The notes under the pieces are model-generated. The model saw only the letters and a list, made by a program, of their open reading frames with translations, did not search any database and was not told where the DNA came from. Below, one piece after another: positions 7,128 through 15,664 of a DNA stretch of 29,409 nucleotides. The position numbers and the translations under genes were made by a program. Source of the DNA: Candidatus Eiseniibacteriota bacterium (lineage in GTDB: Bacteria > ARS69); NCBI GenBank assembly GCA_052390515.1, contig JBQTGV010000120.1, forward strand, positions 1-29,409, written 5' to 3'. Positions within the stretch are counted from its first letter, which is position 1. The number at the start of each line of letters is the position of its first letter.

Positions 7128-8018
7128 CTAATGCGGATCGTCCCGCCGCCGGTGCGGGTGCGTGTCCACCATGGACCCTTCCCCGAAGAACGCGAGGATC
7201 TTCCCCACGGTGGCGCGCATGTCCCGGCGGTGCACGACGCGATCGATGAAACCGTGCTCCAGCAGGAACTCAGAACGCTGGAAGCCCTCGGGCAGCTCCT
7301 GCTGGATGGTCTCCTTGATGACCCGCGGACCGGCGAACCCGATGAGCGCCTTCGGCTCGGCGAGGATGACATCGCCCAGCGAGGCGAAGCTGGCCGTCAC
7401 GCCGCCCGTCGTCGGGTGCGTCATGATGGAGAGGTGCGGTAGCCGCTGCTCGGAGAGCTTGGCCAGCACGGCGGACGTCTTCGCCAGCTGCATCAGCGAG
7501 AAGATCCCCTCCTGCATGCGCGCGCCGCCCGAGCTGGAGATGGTGATCAGCGGCTTGCGGTCGGAGATGGCGCGCTCCGCCGCCCGCGCCACGCGCTCCC
7601 CGACGACCGCTCCCATGCTGCCGCCCATGTACCCGAACTCGAGCGCCGCCACAGCGACCGGCATCGAGCGCACCGTGCCCGACCCGGACAGGATGGCGTC
7701 GTTCATCCCCGTCTTGGCCTTCGCCGCGGTGATCCGGTCCGCGTACTTCTTGGAGTCCCGGAAGAGCAACGGATCCGCCGGCTGCAGCTCCGCGTCCTCC
7801 TCGACGAAGCTCTCCTCGTCCAGCAGATACTCGAGGTACTTCCGGCTGGACACGTGGAAGTGGTACCCGCACTTCGCGCAGGTCCAGAACGACTTGTCCA
7901 TCTCCGGCCGGTAGAGGATCTCCGAGCACTCGTCGCACTTCATCCACACGCCCTGAGGCATGTCGCGCTTGTCGCCGCTGGACTTGATCCCCTTCTTGCC
8001 GCTGCGGAACCAGGGCAT
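7128..8018 (-). CDS. accD: Acetyl-CoA carboxylase carboxyltransferase beta subunit
   Basis: WMKCDEC..CAKC Zn finger, GGSMG, SSGGARMQEG, PTTGGVTASFA, GFAGPRVI; ATG 8018 with GGAGG RBS. Confidence 0.97.
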   Translation of the reverse strand: MPWFRSGKKGIKSSGDKRDMPQGVWMKCDECSEILYRPEMDKSFWTCAKCGYHFHVSSRKYLEYLLDEESFVEEDAELQPADPLLFRDSKKYADRITAAKAKTGMNDAILSGSGTVRSMPVAVAALEFGYMGGSMGAVVGERVARAAERAISDRKPLITISSSGGARMQEGIFSLMQLAKTSAVLAKLSEQRLPHLSIMTHPTTGGVTASFASLGDVILAEPKALIGFAGPRVIKETIQQELPEGFQRSEFLLEHGFIDRVVHRRDMRATVGKILAFFGEGSMVDTHPHRRRDDPH

Positions 8019-8052
8019 CAGACATCCTCCCCGCGGAAACGTCGCCGGAACA

Positions 8053-8871
8053 TCAAGCCGCCTCCGCGAACGCACGCAACACAGCGCGAAGCAGCGCGGA
8101 AAAGCGTCCCTTCGCCGCGTCCATCACCTCGATGACCTCCGCGTGGGAGACCTCCGCGCCCGGCTCGATCCCCGGCGCCTGGTTCGTCACGCACGCGAAC
8201 GCGACCGCCTCCATTCCCAGCGCCGACGCCGCGATCAGCTCGGGCGCCGTCGACATGCTCACGAGATCCCCGCCGAGCGTGCGCACCATGCGGACCTCGG
8301 CCGGCGTCTCGTAAGACGGTCCCTTGGAAGAGAACAGCACGCCTTCTCGGAGCGGAATGCCAGCCTCCGCCGCCGCCTGCCGCGCCAGCCCCGCGAGCCG
8401 CGGCGAGATGAGCCGCCGCGAGCCGATCGGCGGCACCGCACCACGCACCGGACTCTCCAGCATGAAGTTGATCGTGTCGGTCACCAGCACGAGGTCGCCC
8501 ACGCGGTACGTGGGGTCGACGCCGCCGGCCGCGCAGGTCACGACGAGCCTGCGGACGCCGAGCCCGGCCAGCACCGCGACGGCGTTCCCGATCCGTGAGA
8601 GCGGATGCCCTTCGTAGCGGTGCATCCGTCCCTGCATGGCCAGGAACTCCCGGCCGTCGGCGCGCCCGCGCACCAGACGTCCGGCGTGACCCGCCACGCT
8701 GCTGGACCCGAAGTCGGGGATCTCCGAGTACGGGCACGCCGCCAGCACTTCCGTCCCCTCGACGAAGTGCCCCCAGCCCGAGCCGAGCACGAAGCCGACT
8801 CGCGGCCCGGCGAATCCGGCCGAAGCGAGATGCTCGACCGCCGGCGCATTGCCGAGGACCACCTCAGTCAA
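8053..8871 (-). CDS. punA: Purine nucleoside phosphorylase (trimeric PNP/PunA type)
   Basis: VLGSG, GHAG, QGR.H.YEG, GPSYETPAE, MST.PE, VTN; probable TTG start at 8871 overlapping the rimI end. Confidence 0.9.
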   Translation of the reverse strand: MTEVVLGNAPAVEHLASAGFAGPRVGFVLGSGWGHFVEGTEVLAACPYSEIPDFGSSSVAGHAGRLVRGRADGREFLAMQGRMHRYEGHPLSRIGNAVAVLAGLGVRRLVVTCAAGGVDPTYRVGDLVLVTDTINFMLESPVRGAVPPIGSRRLISPRLAGLARQAAAEAGIPLREGVLFSSKGPSYETPAEVRMVRTLGGDLVSMSTAPELIAASALGMEAVAFACVTNQAPGIEPGAEVSHAEVIEVMDAAKGRFSALLRAVLRAFAEAA

Positions 8872-9373
8872 AGCGCCTCTCCGCGGACGGATGCAGCGCG
8901 AGCGCCAGCACGTGCGCGTCTTCCTTGTTGTCGCGGTAGTAGTTGCGGCGCACGGCGATGCGGCGGAAACCGAAACGCTCGTAGAGCGCCAGCGCGCGCG
9001 CGTTCGAGGGCCGAACCTCCAGCGTGGCGAAGACCATCGCGCGGCGACGCCCCTCCTCCAGCACGTGCTCGAGCAGGACGGTGGCAATGCCGCGTCCCTG
9101 GTGCGCCGGCTTCACCGCAATGTTGCCGATGTGCAGCTCGTCCACGATGAACCAGACGACGGCGTAGGCGATCAGCTCCCCGTGCTCGCGCACGACGAGC
9201 GGGTAGCCGATCTCCCTCTTGCGCTCGACCTCGGCCAGGAACGAATCGATCGACCAGGGATCGGAGAAGACCTGTCTCTCCAGCGCGGCCACTTCGCCGA
9301 CGTCGGAGAAGTCCATCCGCACCGGGACGACTTCAGCTCTGGCGCAAGCGCTCTTCGCGGTGGATCTCTGCAT
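8864..9373 (-). CDS. rimI: Ribosomal-protein-alanine N-acetyltransferase
   Basis: LERQVFSDPWS, LHIGNIAV, QGRGIA, LEVRPSN, RRNYY..EDA; start uncertain (9373 or 9316). Confidence 0.92.
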   Translation of the reverse strand: MQRSTAKSACARAEVVPVRMDFSDVGEVAALERQVFSDPWSIDSFLAEVERKREIGYPLVVREHGELIAYAVVWFIVDELHIGNIAVKPAHQGRGIATVLLEHVLEEGRRRAMVFATLEVRPSNARALALYERFGFRRIAVRRNYYRDNKEDAHVLALALHPSAERRFD

Positions 9374-10055
9374 CGGACTTCCTGAGGTAGACAGGCTCCA
9401 GCGCTCCCGGATCGACCGCGTGTCCCTGCGCGGCACGGCGCGCGCCCACCCGGGCCACCGCCGCCGCCTCGGTCCGGCCGAGCCGGGCCGGCGCGCTCCA
9501 GCCCGACCGGGCCGGCAGCATCGGGAGCAGCAACCCCGCGCCGTCGCCCAGCAGGACTCCCGGAGCCCCCGCCCCGGCCGGCAGCAGCTCGGCGAAGCGC
9601 CGGGCAAACGCCGACAGGGATAGGGGTTCCGGCCCCCACAGCCGGGCCGGCGGCTCGCCGCCAGCGACCGCCCGATACAGGGCAGCGTAAACCTCGCCGC
9701 GCCTCGCGTCCACCGAGGGCAGGAGCAGCGTTCCTTCTACGCCCCAGTCCGTGTCCACGGCGGACTCGGCCAGCGCGTCCAGCGTTCCCACCGCCACGGC
9801 CTTCGCCCCGTTCCCGAGGCAGAAACCCTGGGCCAGCGCGACGCCGATCCGAACCCCGGTGAAGGACCCCGGCCCGACCGACGCAGCCACCACATCGACG
9901 CTGCCGGCCGACACCTCCTCCCGCACCAGCAGCGCGGAGAGAGCCGACAGCGCGCCCGCCCCGCGCAGATCCGCGTCGGCCCGCACGATCCGCCCGTCGT
10001 CCCACAGCGCCACGCTGCCGGCCGCCGTCGCCGTCTCGATGGCCACGAGCTTCAC
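9333..10055 (-). CDS. tsaB: t6A biosynthesis protein TsaB
   Basis: LVAIETAT, GPGSFTGVRIG, DARRGEVY, LEPVYLR; GTG start overlaps the tsaE stop. Confidence 0.95.
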   Translation of the reverse strand: MKLVAIETATAAGSVALWDDGRIVRADADLRGAGALSALSALLVREEVSAGSVDVVAASVGPGSFTGVRIGVALAQGFCLGNGAKAVAVGTLDALAESAVDTDWGVEGTLLLPSVDARRGEVYAALYRAVAGGEPPARLWGPEPLSLSAFARRFAELLPAGAGAPGVLLGDGAGLLLPMLPARSGWSAPARLGRTEAAAVARVGARRAAQGHAVDPGALEPVYLRKSDAEIHREERLRQS

Positions 10056-10525
10056 GGCCCACCCGCCGGCTCGAAGTCCCGCAGCTCGACGCCTCCCGGC
10101 ACGTCGATGCGGATCCGCCGGACGTCCTCGCCCTCGGGATCGAGGCGCACGCGCAGCGTCTCTTCGGGCAGCACCGAGATCACGCGGTCCCCCCACTCGA
10201 CGAGCAGGATGGTGTCCTCGTCGACCCGGTCGAACGTGTCCAGCTCCTCCAGCTCGCGGGGCCCGGTCAGGCGGAAGCAGTCGACGTGGATCACGCGGCG
10301 CCCGCCGCCGCCGCGGTACTCGTGCTCGAGGGCGAACGTCGGGCTCGTCACCGGAACCTCGACGCCCAGCGCTTCGCACACACCGGCGGCCAGCAGCGTC
10401 TTGCCCGCGCCCAGCGGACCTTCCAGCGAGACGACGGAGCCGCGGCCCACCGCGCGACCGATGGCCCGGCCGACGGCGCGCGTCTCCGCCGGTCCCCGGC
10501 TCACGATCACGATGCGGCGGCTCAT
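10052..10525 (-). CDS. tsaE: t6A biosynthesis ATPase TsaE
   Basis: GPLGAGKT, VTSPTF, HVDCFRL, VEWG; ATGA overlap with the porX-like gene. Confidence 0.95.
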   Translation of the reverse strand: MSRRIVIVSRGPAETRAVGRAIGRAVGRGSVVSLEGPLGAGKTLLAAGVCEALGVEVPVTSPTFALEHEYRGGGGRRVIHVDCFRLTGPRELEELDTFDRVDEDTILLVEWGDRVISVLPEETLRVRLDPEGEDVRRIRIDVPGGVELRDFEPAGGP

Positions 10526-12099
10526 CGCCGGGGGTGCATGACCGCGATGGGCAGGATCATCTCCTCCATGGAGATGCCGCCGTGCTGGAAGCTGTCGCGG
10601 TAGTGCCTCTCGTACTCGTGATACCGCGTCGGGTAGACGAAGTAGTAGTTCTCCTTCGCCAGGATGTAGTGCGTGTTGAGACCCGGCGCCGGCAGCTTGT
10701 ACTCCTCGGGCTTCTTGATGTGCAGCGCGTTCTTCTCGTCGCAGCCCAGGTTCGTCCCGATCTTGAAGCGGAGGTTCGTCGAGGTGTCCCGGTTGCCGTA
10801 CGCCACCGTCGAGCGGCGCCCCAGCACCGAGCCGTGATCCGTGGTGAGCACGACCAGCGCGTCCTGCCGCGAGATCGCCTTGAGGATGTCGAAGAGTGCC
10901 GAGTGCTTGAACCACGCGGTGGTGAGGGCGCGGAAGGCAGCCTCGTCCGGCGCGATCTCCTGCAGGATCTCGGACTCGCTGCGGCCGTGCGACAGGATGT
11001 CGATGAAGTTGAACACCAGGGCGACGAGCGGCAGGGAGTACAGGCTGGCGATGTCCTTCTTGACCGCCGAGGCCTCGTCGGAGTTGAAGATCTTGATGTA
11101 CTTGGTGGTCGGGTTCACCGGCGTCCCCAGCCGCTCGAGCTGCAGGTCCAGGAACTGGCGCTCGTGGCGGTTCAGGCTGCGCTCGTCCTCGCCGGGCATG
11201 GACCAGAACTCCGGGTGCTTGCGCGAGAGGTCCAGCGGGAACAGGCCGGAGAAGATCGCGTTGCGCGAGAACGACGTCGCCGTGGGCAGGATGGAGTAGT
11301 AGTAGTCCCGGCGAATGTCGAAGTACGGCTCGAGCAGCGCCTCGATCGCCGCCCACTGGTCGAGCCGCAGGCAGTCGATGAGCACGAAGTACACCTTGCG
11401 CTTCTCGCGGAGCGGAGGCACCACGTACTTCCGGATGATGTCCGTGGAGAGCACCGGACGGTCGCTCTCCGACTTCGCGTTGACCCAGCCCTTGTACGCA
11501 CCGGCGACATAGCGGCAGAACTCCACGTTCGCTTCCAGCTTGGCGTCCTCGTGCGTCTGCAAGAGCCCGGCGTCGCGGTGGTTGTCCAGGCGCAGGTCCC
11601 AGTCCACCAGCTTGCGGTACACCTCCACCCACGACTCCGGCGAAGAATCCCCGGCGCGGATGTTGCGAAGCAGCGTGAACTCCTCCACGTAGTCGCGCAT
11701 GGCACCGGTCTCCCGGATCCGCGACCCGTCCAGCAGGCGCTTCGCCGCCGTGTACACCTGCAGAGGGTTCACCGGTTTGACCAGGTAGTTGTCGATGTCG
11801 CGGCGGATGGCCGCGTCGACCAGACCCTCGTCCTCGGACTTCGTCACCATGATGATCGGCACATAGGGATCCACCTGCTTGATGCTCTGCAGCGTCTCGA
11901 TCCCGGAGAGCCCCGGCATCATCTCGTCCAGGATGACCAAGTCGAAGCGGTCCCCGCCCTCGGACGCCAGCGCGATGGCGTCCTCCCCGTTCGTGACGCT
12001 CTCCACCTTGAAGCCGCGGTCCTCCAGGAACTTCACGTGCGGCCGGAGATGCTCCATCTCGTCGTCCGCCCAGAGGATGCGCTTGCGCTCTTCGGTCAT
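10522..12099 (-). CDS. porX: PorX-like response regulator (receiver + PglZ alkaline-phosphatase-superfamily domain)
   Basis: WADDE, LDEMMPG, TKSE, KP receiver; IDCLRLDQW, SILPTAT..SRNAIFSG, FIDILSH, TTDHG, FQHGGISMEEM. Confidence 0.92.
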   Translation of the reverse strand: MTEERKRILWADDEMEHLRPHVKFLEDRGFKVESVTNGEDAIALASEGGDRFDLVILDEMMPGLSGIETLQSIKQVDPYVPIIMVTKSEDEGLVDAAIRRDIDNYLVKPVNPLQVYTAAKRLLDGSRIRETGAMRDYVEEFTLLRNIRAGDSSPESWVEVYRKLVDWDLRLDNHRDAGLLQTHEDAKLEANVEFCRYVAGAYKGWVNAKSESDRPVLSTDIIRKYVVPPLREKRKVYFVLIDCLRLDQWAAIEALLEPYFDIRRDYYYSILPTATSFSRNAIFSGLFPLDLSRKHPEFWSMPGEDERSLNRHERQFLDLQLERLGTPVNPTTKYIKIFNSDEASAVKKDIASLYSLPLVALVFNFIDILSHGRSESEILQEIAPDEAAFRALTTAWFKHSALFDILKAISRQDALVVLTTDHGSVLGRRSTVAYGNRDTSTNLRFKIGTNLGCDEKNALHIKKPEEYKLPAPGLNTHYILAKENYYFVYPTRYHEYERHYRDSFQHGGISMEEMILPIAVMHPRR

Positions 12100-13376
12100 T
12101 CCGTTTCCCGTCTCCCGGGGAGGGGGCGCTTTGCCGGCAGGCTCACCGCGAAGACGGTACGAACCGCGGGAGTGCTCCGCAACAGGCGGATCCGCCCGCC
12201 GTGGGACTCCTCCACGATCCGCCGGGCCAGGGCGAGGCCCAGGCCCCATCCGCGCTGCTTGGTGGTGAACCCTGGCTCGAAGATACGGTTCTGGATGGCC
12301 TCGGGAATCCCCGGTCCGTCGTCCTCGAACAGGATGCGGACCCCGTCGGGGTTCCCGGGCGCGGTGCGCACCATCACCTTGCCACCGTTCTCGCTGCGCA
12401 GGATCGCGTCGATGGAGTTCTTCACGAGGTTCTCGACCGTCCAGGAGACGAGCTCGCGGTCGGCCGGCACCGGTCCCACGTCTCCCAGGTCCTCCACGAT
12501 CTCGACCTTTCGCCCCCGCGTCGGCAGGCGGCGGCGCAGGTAGGCGGCGACCTCGGAGATCACCTCGTTCACGTCGACCGGCTCGAGCTTCGGCTCGGAC
12601 CCGATGCGCTCGAAGCGGCGCGCCACCTGGGAGAGCCGGGCCAGATCCGCGCGCATGTCGCGGATCGTCTCCCGCCGCGCGTGATCCTCCGGAGCCGCCT
12701 CGGACTCGATCAGGTCCACCCACCCCATCATGCTGGAGATCGGCGTGCCGAGTTGATGCGCGGTCTCCTTCGCCATGCCCACCCAGATCGAGCGACGCTC
12801 GCTCTCCCGTACGGAGCGGACGCCGAAGTAGGCGAAGGCCACCAGCGCGCCGGCGATCCCGATCTGGAAGATCGGCATGACGCGGAGCTGCGTCACGAGC
12901 GGCGAGGCGCCGTAATGCACGTACCCGAACGTCTCCCCCGTCTCCGGGTGGATCATCGGGATGGGGCTGCGCTGCAGGTCCATCTCGAACGCCATGCGGA
13001 TGAGGTCCGCGATGGGTCCCGGCGGCGGATCCCGCGGGTCGGTCGCGGAGAAGACCTCGTAGTCGACGGCCTCGATGGAGATGCCCGTTCCCCGCGAGGT
13101 CCAGGGCACGCCGCGGCGGTCGGTGACGATGATCGGGAACGCCATGCGGTCCAGCAGCGAGCGGAAGACCCGCTGGCCCTCCGCGTCCTGCGATGCGGAG
13201 AGCGTGGCGGCGGCGGCATAGCGCGCGAACACGTCGGTGTACACCGCGGTGCGCTGCTCGAGCACGCGCGCCAGCCGGCCGGTGAAGAGCAACGACGCCA
13301 GGGACAGCGCGATCATTCCGACGAAGAGCGCGTTGCGGATGAGCGCGGGAGAGACGGAGAAGCGGCGTCCCGCCAC
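12096..13376 (-). CDS. Membrane sensor histidine kinase
   Basis: Two TM segments; H-box ETAHQLGTP, ENLVKNSIDA, DDGPG, FEPGFTTK, GWGLGL. Confidence 0.95.
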   Translation of the reverse strand: MAGRRFSVSPALIRNALFVGMIALSLASLLFTGRLARVLEQRTAVYTDVFARYAAAATLSASQDAEGQRVFRSLLDRMAFPIIVTDRRGVPWTSRGTGISIEAVDYEVFSATDPRDPPPGPIADLIRMAFEMDLQRSPIPMIHPETGETFGYVHYGASPLVTQLRVMPIFQIGIAGALVAFAYFGVRSVRESERRSIWVGMAKETAHQLGTPISSMMGWVDLIESEAAPEDHARRETIRDMRADLARLSQVARRFERIGSEPKLEPVDVNEVISEVAAYLRRRLPTRGRKVEIVEDLGDVGPVPADRELVSWTVENLVKNSIDAILRSENGGKVMVRTAPGNPDGVRILFEDDGPGIPEAIQNRIFEPGFTTKQRGWGLGLALARRIVEESHGGRIRLLRSTPAVRTVFAVSLPAKRPLPGRRETE

Positions 13377-13387
13377 GGCGCGAGCCC

Positions 13388-14281
13388 CTACCGGTAGCTT
13401 GCCAGGTAGTCCCGCGCGCCGTCGGCCACAAAGAGCTTGGCCAGCCGCACTCCGAGGTCGTCCTCCTCCTCGGCGCGACCGTCCAGATCGTCGCGGAGGA
13501 TGGCACCCGAGACCTCGTCTCCCAGCAGAGCCTCGAGCACGAGCGTCTCGCCCTCGAACGCGCCGTGCACCGCGACCGGGTCGGTGATGCGGACGGCGAG
13601 CTCGCGGAGGAACGCCCGCTCCGCACGGAGAACCTGGTGGCTGACCTTGTGGTCGATGGTCTGCGCGACCTCCCAGGTCTGCTCGTCGCTACGCCGGGCC
13701 ACCACGGCGAAGCTGCCCTGACCGGCCGCCGGCAGGATGATGTCGGGCGGGAACACCTCGGACACGGCGTGCTCCCATCCGAGGATCTCGACCTGCTCGG
13801 CGGCCACGATGAACGCGGCGAACTCGCCGCCGTTCAGCCGGTCCAGCAGGCGGTCCACCGTGCCGGAGATCCTCTCGATGGCGAGGTCGGAACGGAAACT
13901 GGCGATCTGCACGGCCACCCGCGCGGAGTCGACCCCCAGCGTGGCTCGCTCGGGAAGATCCTCGAGCAGCGCTCCCTCCTTGGCGACGAGCACGTCGAAC
14001 GGGTCGCGGCGCTCCGTGCACGCGGCGATGACGACGTCCTCCGGCAGCTCGATCGGGACGTCGCGGGCGCTGCACACGAAGAAGTCGCAGGCTCCCGCCC
14101 CGGCCGCCTCCGCGAGGGTTCCGGCGTCGGTCGCGCCGGCGTCCACCTCGACGATCTCGAACGAGGTGCGCTCCCGCTTCGCCGTGATCCGGTCGAGGAT
14201 GGCCGAGGTCTGCGCTCGGCAGAAGTCGTTGCTCGGGCAACCGACGCGCAACGTGCGTGGCCCAGCCAAGGTCACCTCCAT
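13388..14281 (-). CDS. HemC (hydroxymethylbilane synthase)-like protein with degenerate active site
   Basis: SARDVP, ERRDPFDVLV, PAAGQG, AERAFLREL retained; cofactor Cys and several Arg missing. Confidence 0.85.
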   Translation of the reverse strand: MEVTLAGPRTLRVGCPSNDFCRAQTSAILDRITAKRERTSFEIVEVDAGATDAGTLAEAAGAGACDFFVCSARDVPIELPEDVVIAACTERRDPFDVLVAKEGALLEDLPERATLGVDSARVAVQIASFRSDLAIERISGTVDRLLDRLNGGEFAAFIVAAEQVEILGWEHAVSEVFPPDIILPAAGQGSFAVVARRSDEQTWEVAQTIDHKVSHQVLRAERAFLRELAVRITDPVAVHGAFEGETLVLEALLGDEVSGAILRDDLDGRAEEEDDLGVRLAKLFVADGARDYLASYR

Positions 14282-14287
14282 GTCGTG

Positions 14288-15478
14288 TCAGTCCGCGGCT
14301 CGGGGGTCCTGCCTCCCGGCGACTTCGATGACGTGCTCGCTCGGGTCTCGCTCTTTCGTCCGCCCGCCGTTCTCCGAATGTCTGAGGTCGAAGCGCCGCG
14401 TGTCCGGGACCATTCCCGCCACGGCCAGGGCGTCCGAGAACCCGTCGATGACGACGCCGTCCTCGCCCACCCGAGCGTGCACCGGCGCCTGCCGGGCCAG
14501 ACGGATCCCGAAGCCGAGGAAGCTGAAGAACACGGCGAAGAGCGCGACCACCGTCCCGGGAGGGAACGAGAGATGCTGCAGCACGAGTGCCAGGGCGCCG
14601 AGCGACGCGCAGATGCCGTAGATGGCGATCGCGGTGAGCCGGTCGCTGCCCTTGATCCGCGCCAGGCGGTGGCTGGTGTGATCCTTGCCGCCCTGAGTGA
14701 GGCTCTGGCCGCGCGCGTAACGGGTGATGCTCACGAAGGTGATGTCGAAGATGGGATAGGCCAGGACCGCGACGGGGACCAGCAACGAGAGCGAGAACTC
14801 GGTCTGGCGCGTGGACAGTACGCCGAGCGCAGCCAGCGAGTAGCCGAGGAAGAGGCTGCCGCCGTCCCCCAGGAAGATGCGCGCGGGCGGGAAATTGAAG
14901 CGGAGGAAGCCCATCGCCGCGCCTCCCACCGCCGCCGCGATCACGGCGGTCTCCATCTGCCCTCCCAGCACGGCCAGCCCCACGAACGCGAGCGACACGC
15001 AGGCGGCGATGCCGGCACAGATGCCGTCCATGTTGTCGAGGAAGTTCATGGCGTTGGTGAGGCCGACCACCCACACGAGCGAGAGCACGAGACCGGGCGG
15101 AGAGAGCAGGAAGGCGCCCTCGCCGTTCAGGCTGGCGAGCAGCAGGATGGCCGCGACGATCTGACCGAGCAGCTTCGAGAACCAGCCCAGCACGATCCGG
15201 TCGTCGATGACGCCCATGGTGAAGATGAGGATGGCGCCGCCCAGGAACCCGAGGGTCGGCGTGGGGGGAAGCAGGGCCCGGAACGAGCCCCCGACACCGA
15301 TGCCGATCACGAAGGCGAAGAAGATCGCCACGCCGCCGAGCAACGGCATCGACGTGCGATGAACACCGCGCGCGGACGGATGGGCCAGGAAGCCCGTCCG
15401 CTCGGCGACTCGTCGACACAGCGGCGTGAAGAGCAGCGCTCCGGCGAGGGCGCTCAGGAACGCAACGACGACGGGCAG
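14288..15478 (-). CDS. MraY/WecA family (GT4) polyprenyl-phosphate sugar-1-phosphate transferase
   Basis: PLLGG, GVIDD, NAMNFLDNMDG, FNFPPARIFLGDGGS, DHTSHRL; first TM helix lies upstream of the tracked ATG (15349); inferred CTG start at 15478. Confidence 0.9.
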   Translation of the reverse strand: MPVVVAFLSALAGALLFTPLCRRVAERTGFLAHPSARGVHRTSMPLLGGVAIFFAFVIGIGVGGSFRALLPPTPTLGFLGGAILIFTMGVIDDRIVLGWFSKLLGQIVAAILLLASLNGEGAFLLSPPGLVLSLVWVVGLTNAMNFLDNMDGICAGIAACVSLAFVGLAVLGGQMETAVIAAAVGGAAMGFLRFNFPPARIFLGDGGSLFLGYSLAALGVLSTRQTEFSLSLLVPVAVLAYPIFDITFVSITRYARGQSLTQGGKDHTSHRLARIKGSDRLTAIAIYGICASLGALALVLQHLSFPPGTVVALFAVFFSFLGFGIRLARQAPVHARVGEDGVVIDGFSDALAVAGMVPDTRRFDLRHSENGGRTKERDPSEHVIEVAGRQDPRAAD

Positions 15479-15664
15479 GACCTCGTTCCTCCGTTGCGGG
15501 GCGGCTCGGCTTTGGGGGGCGAGCCGGGACGAACCCTACGCGCTGCGGGGCGGTGCGTCAACGGGGACCCAGCGGGAAACCCTAGCGGGGGGTGAAGGAC
15601 GCGGCCGAGTTGCCGTGGCCGCTACTACTGTAGGTTGCACTCTACTCACGATGGTCCCGAGTGC

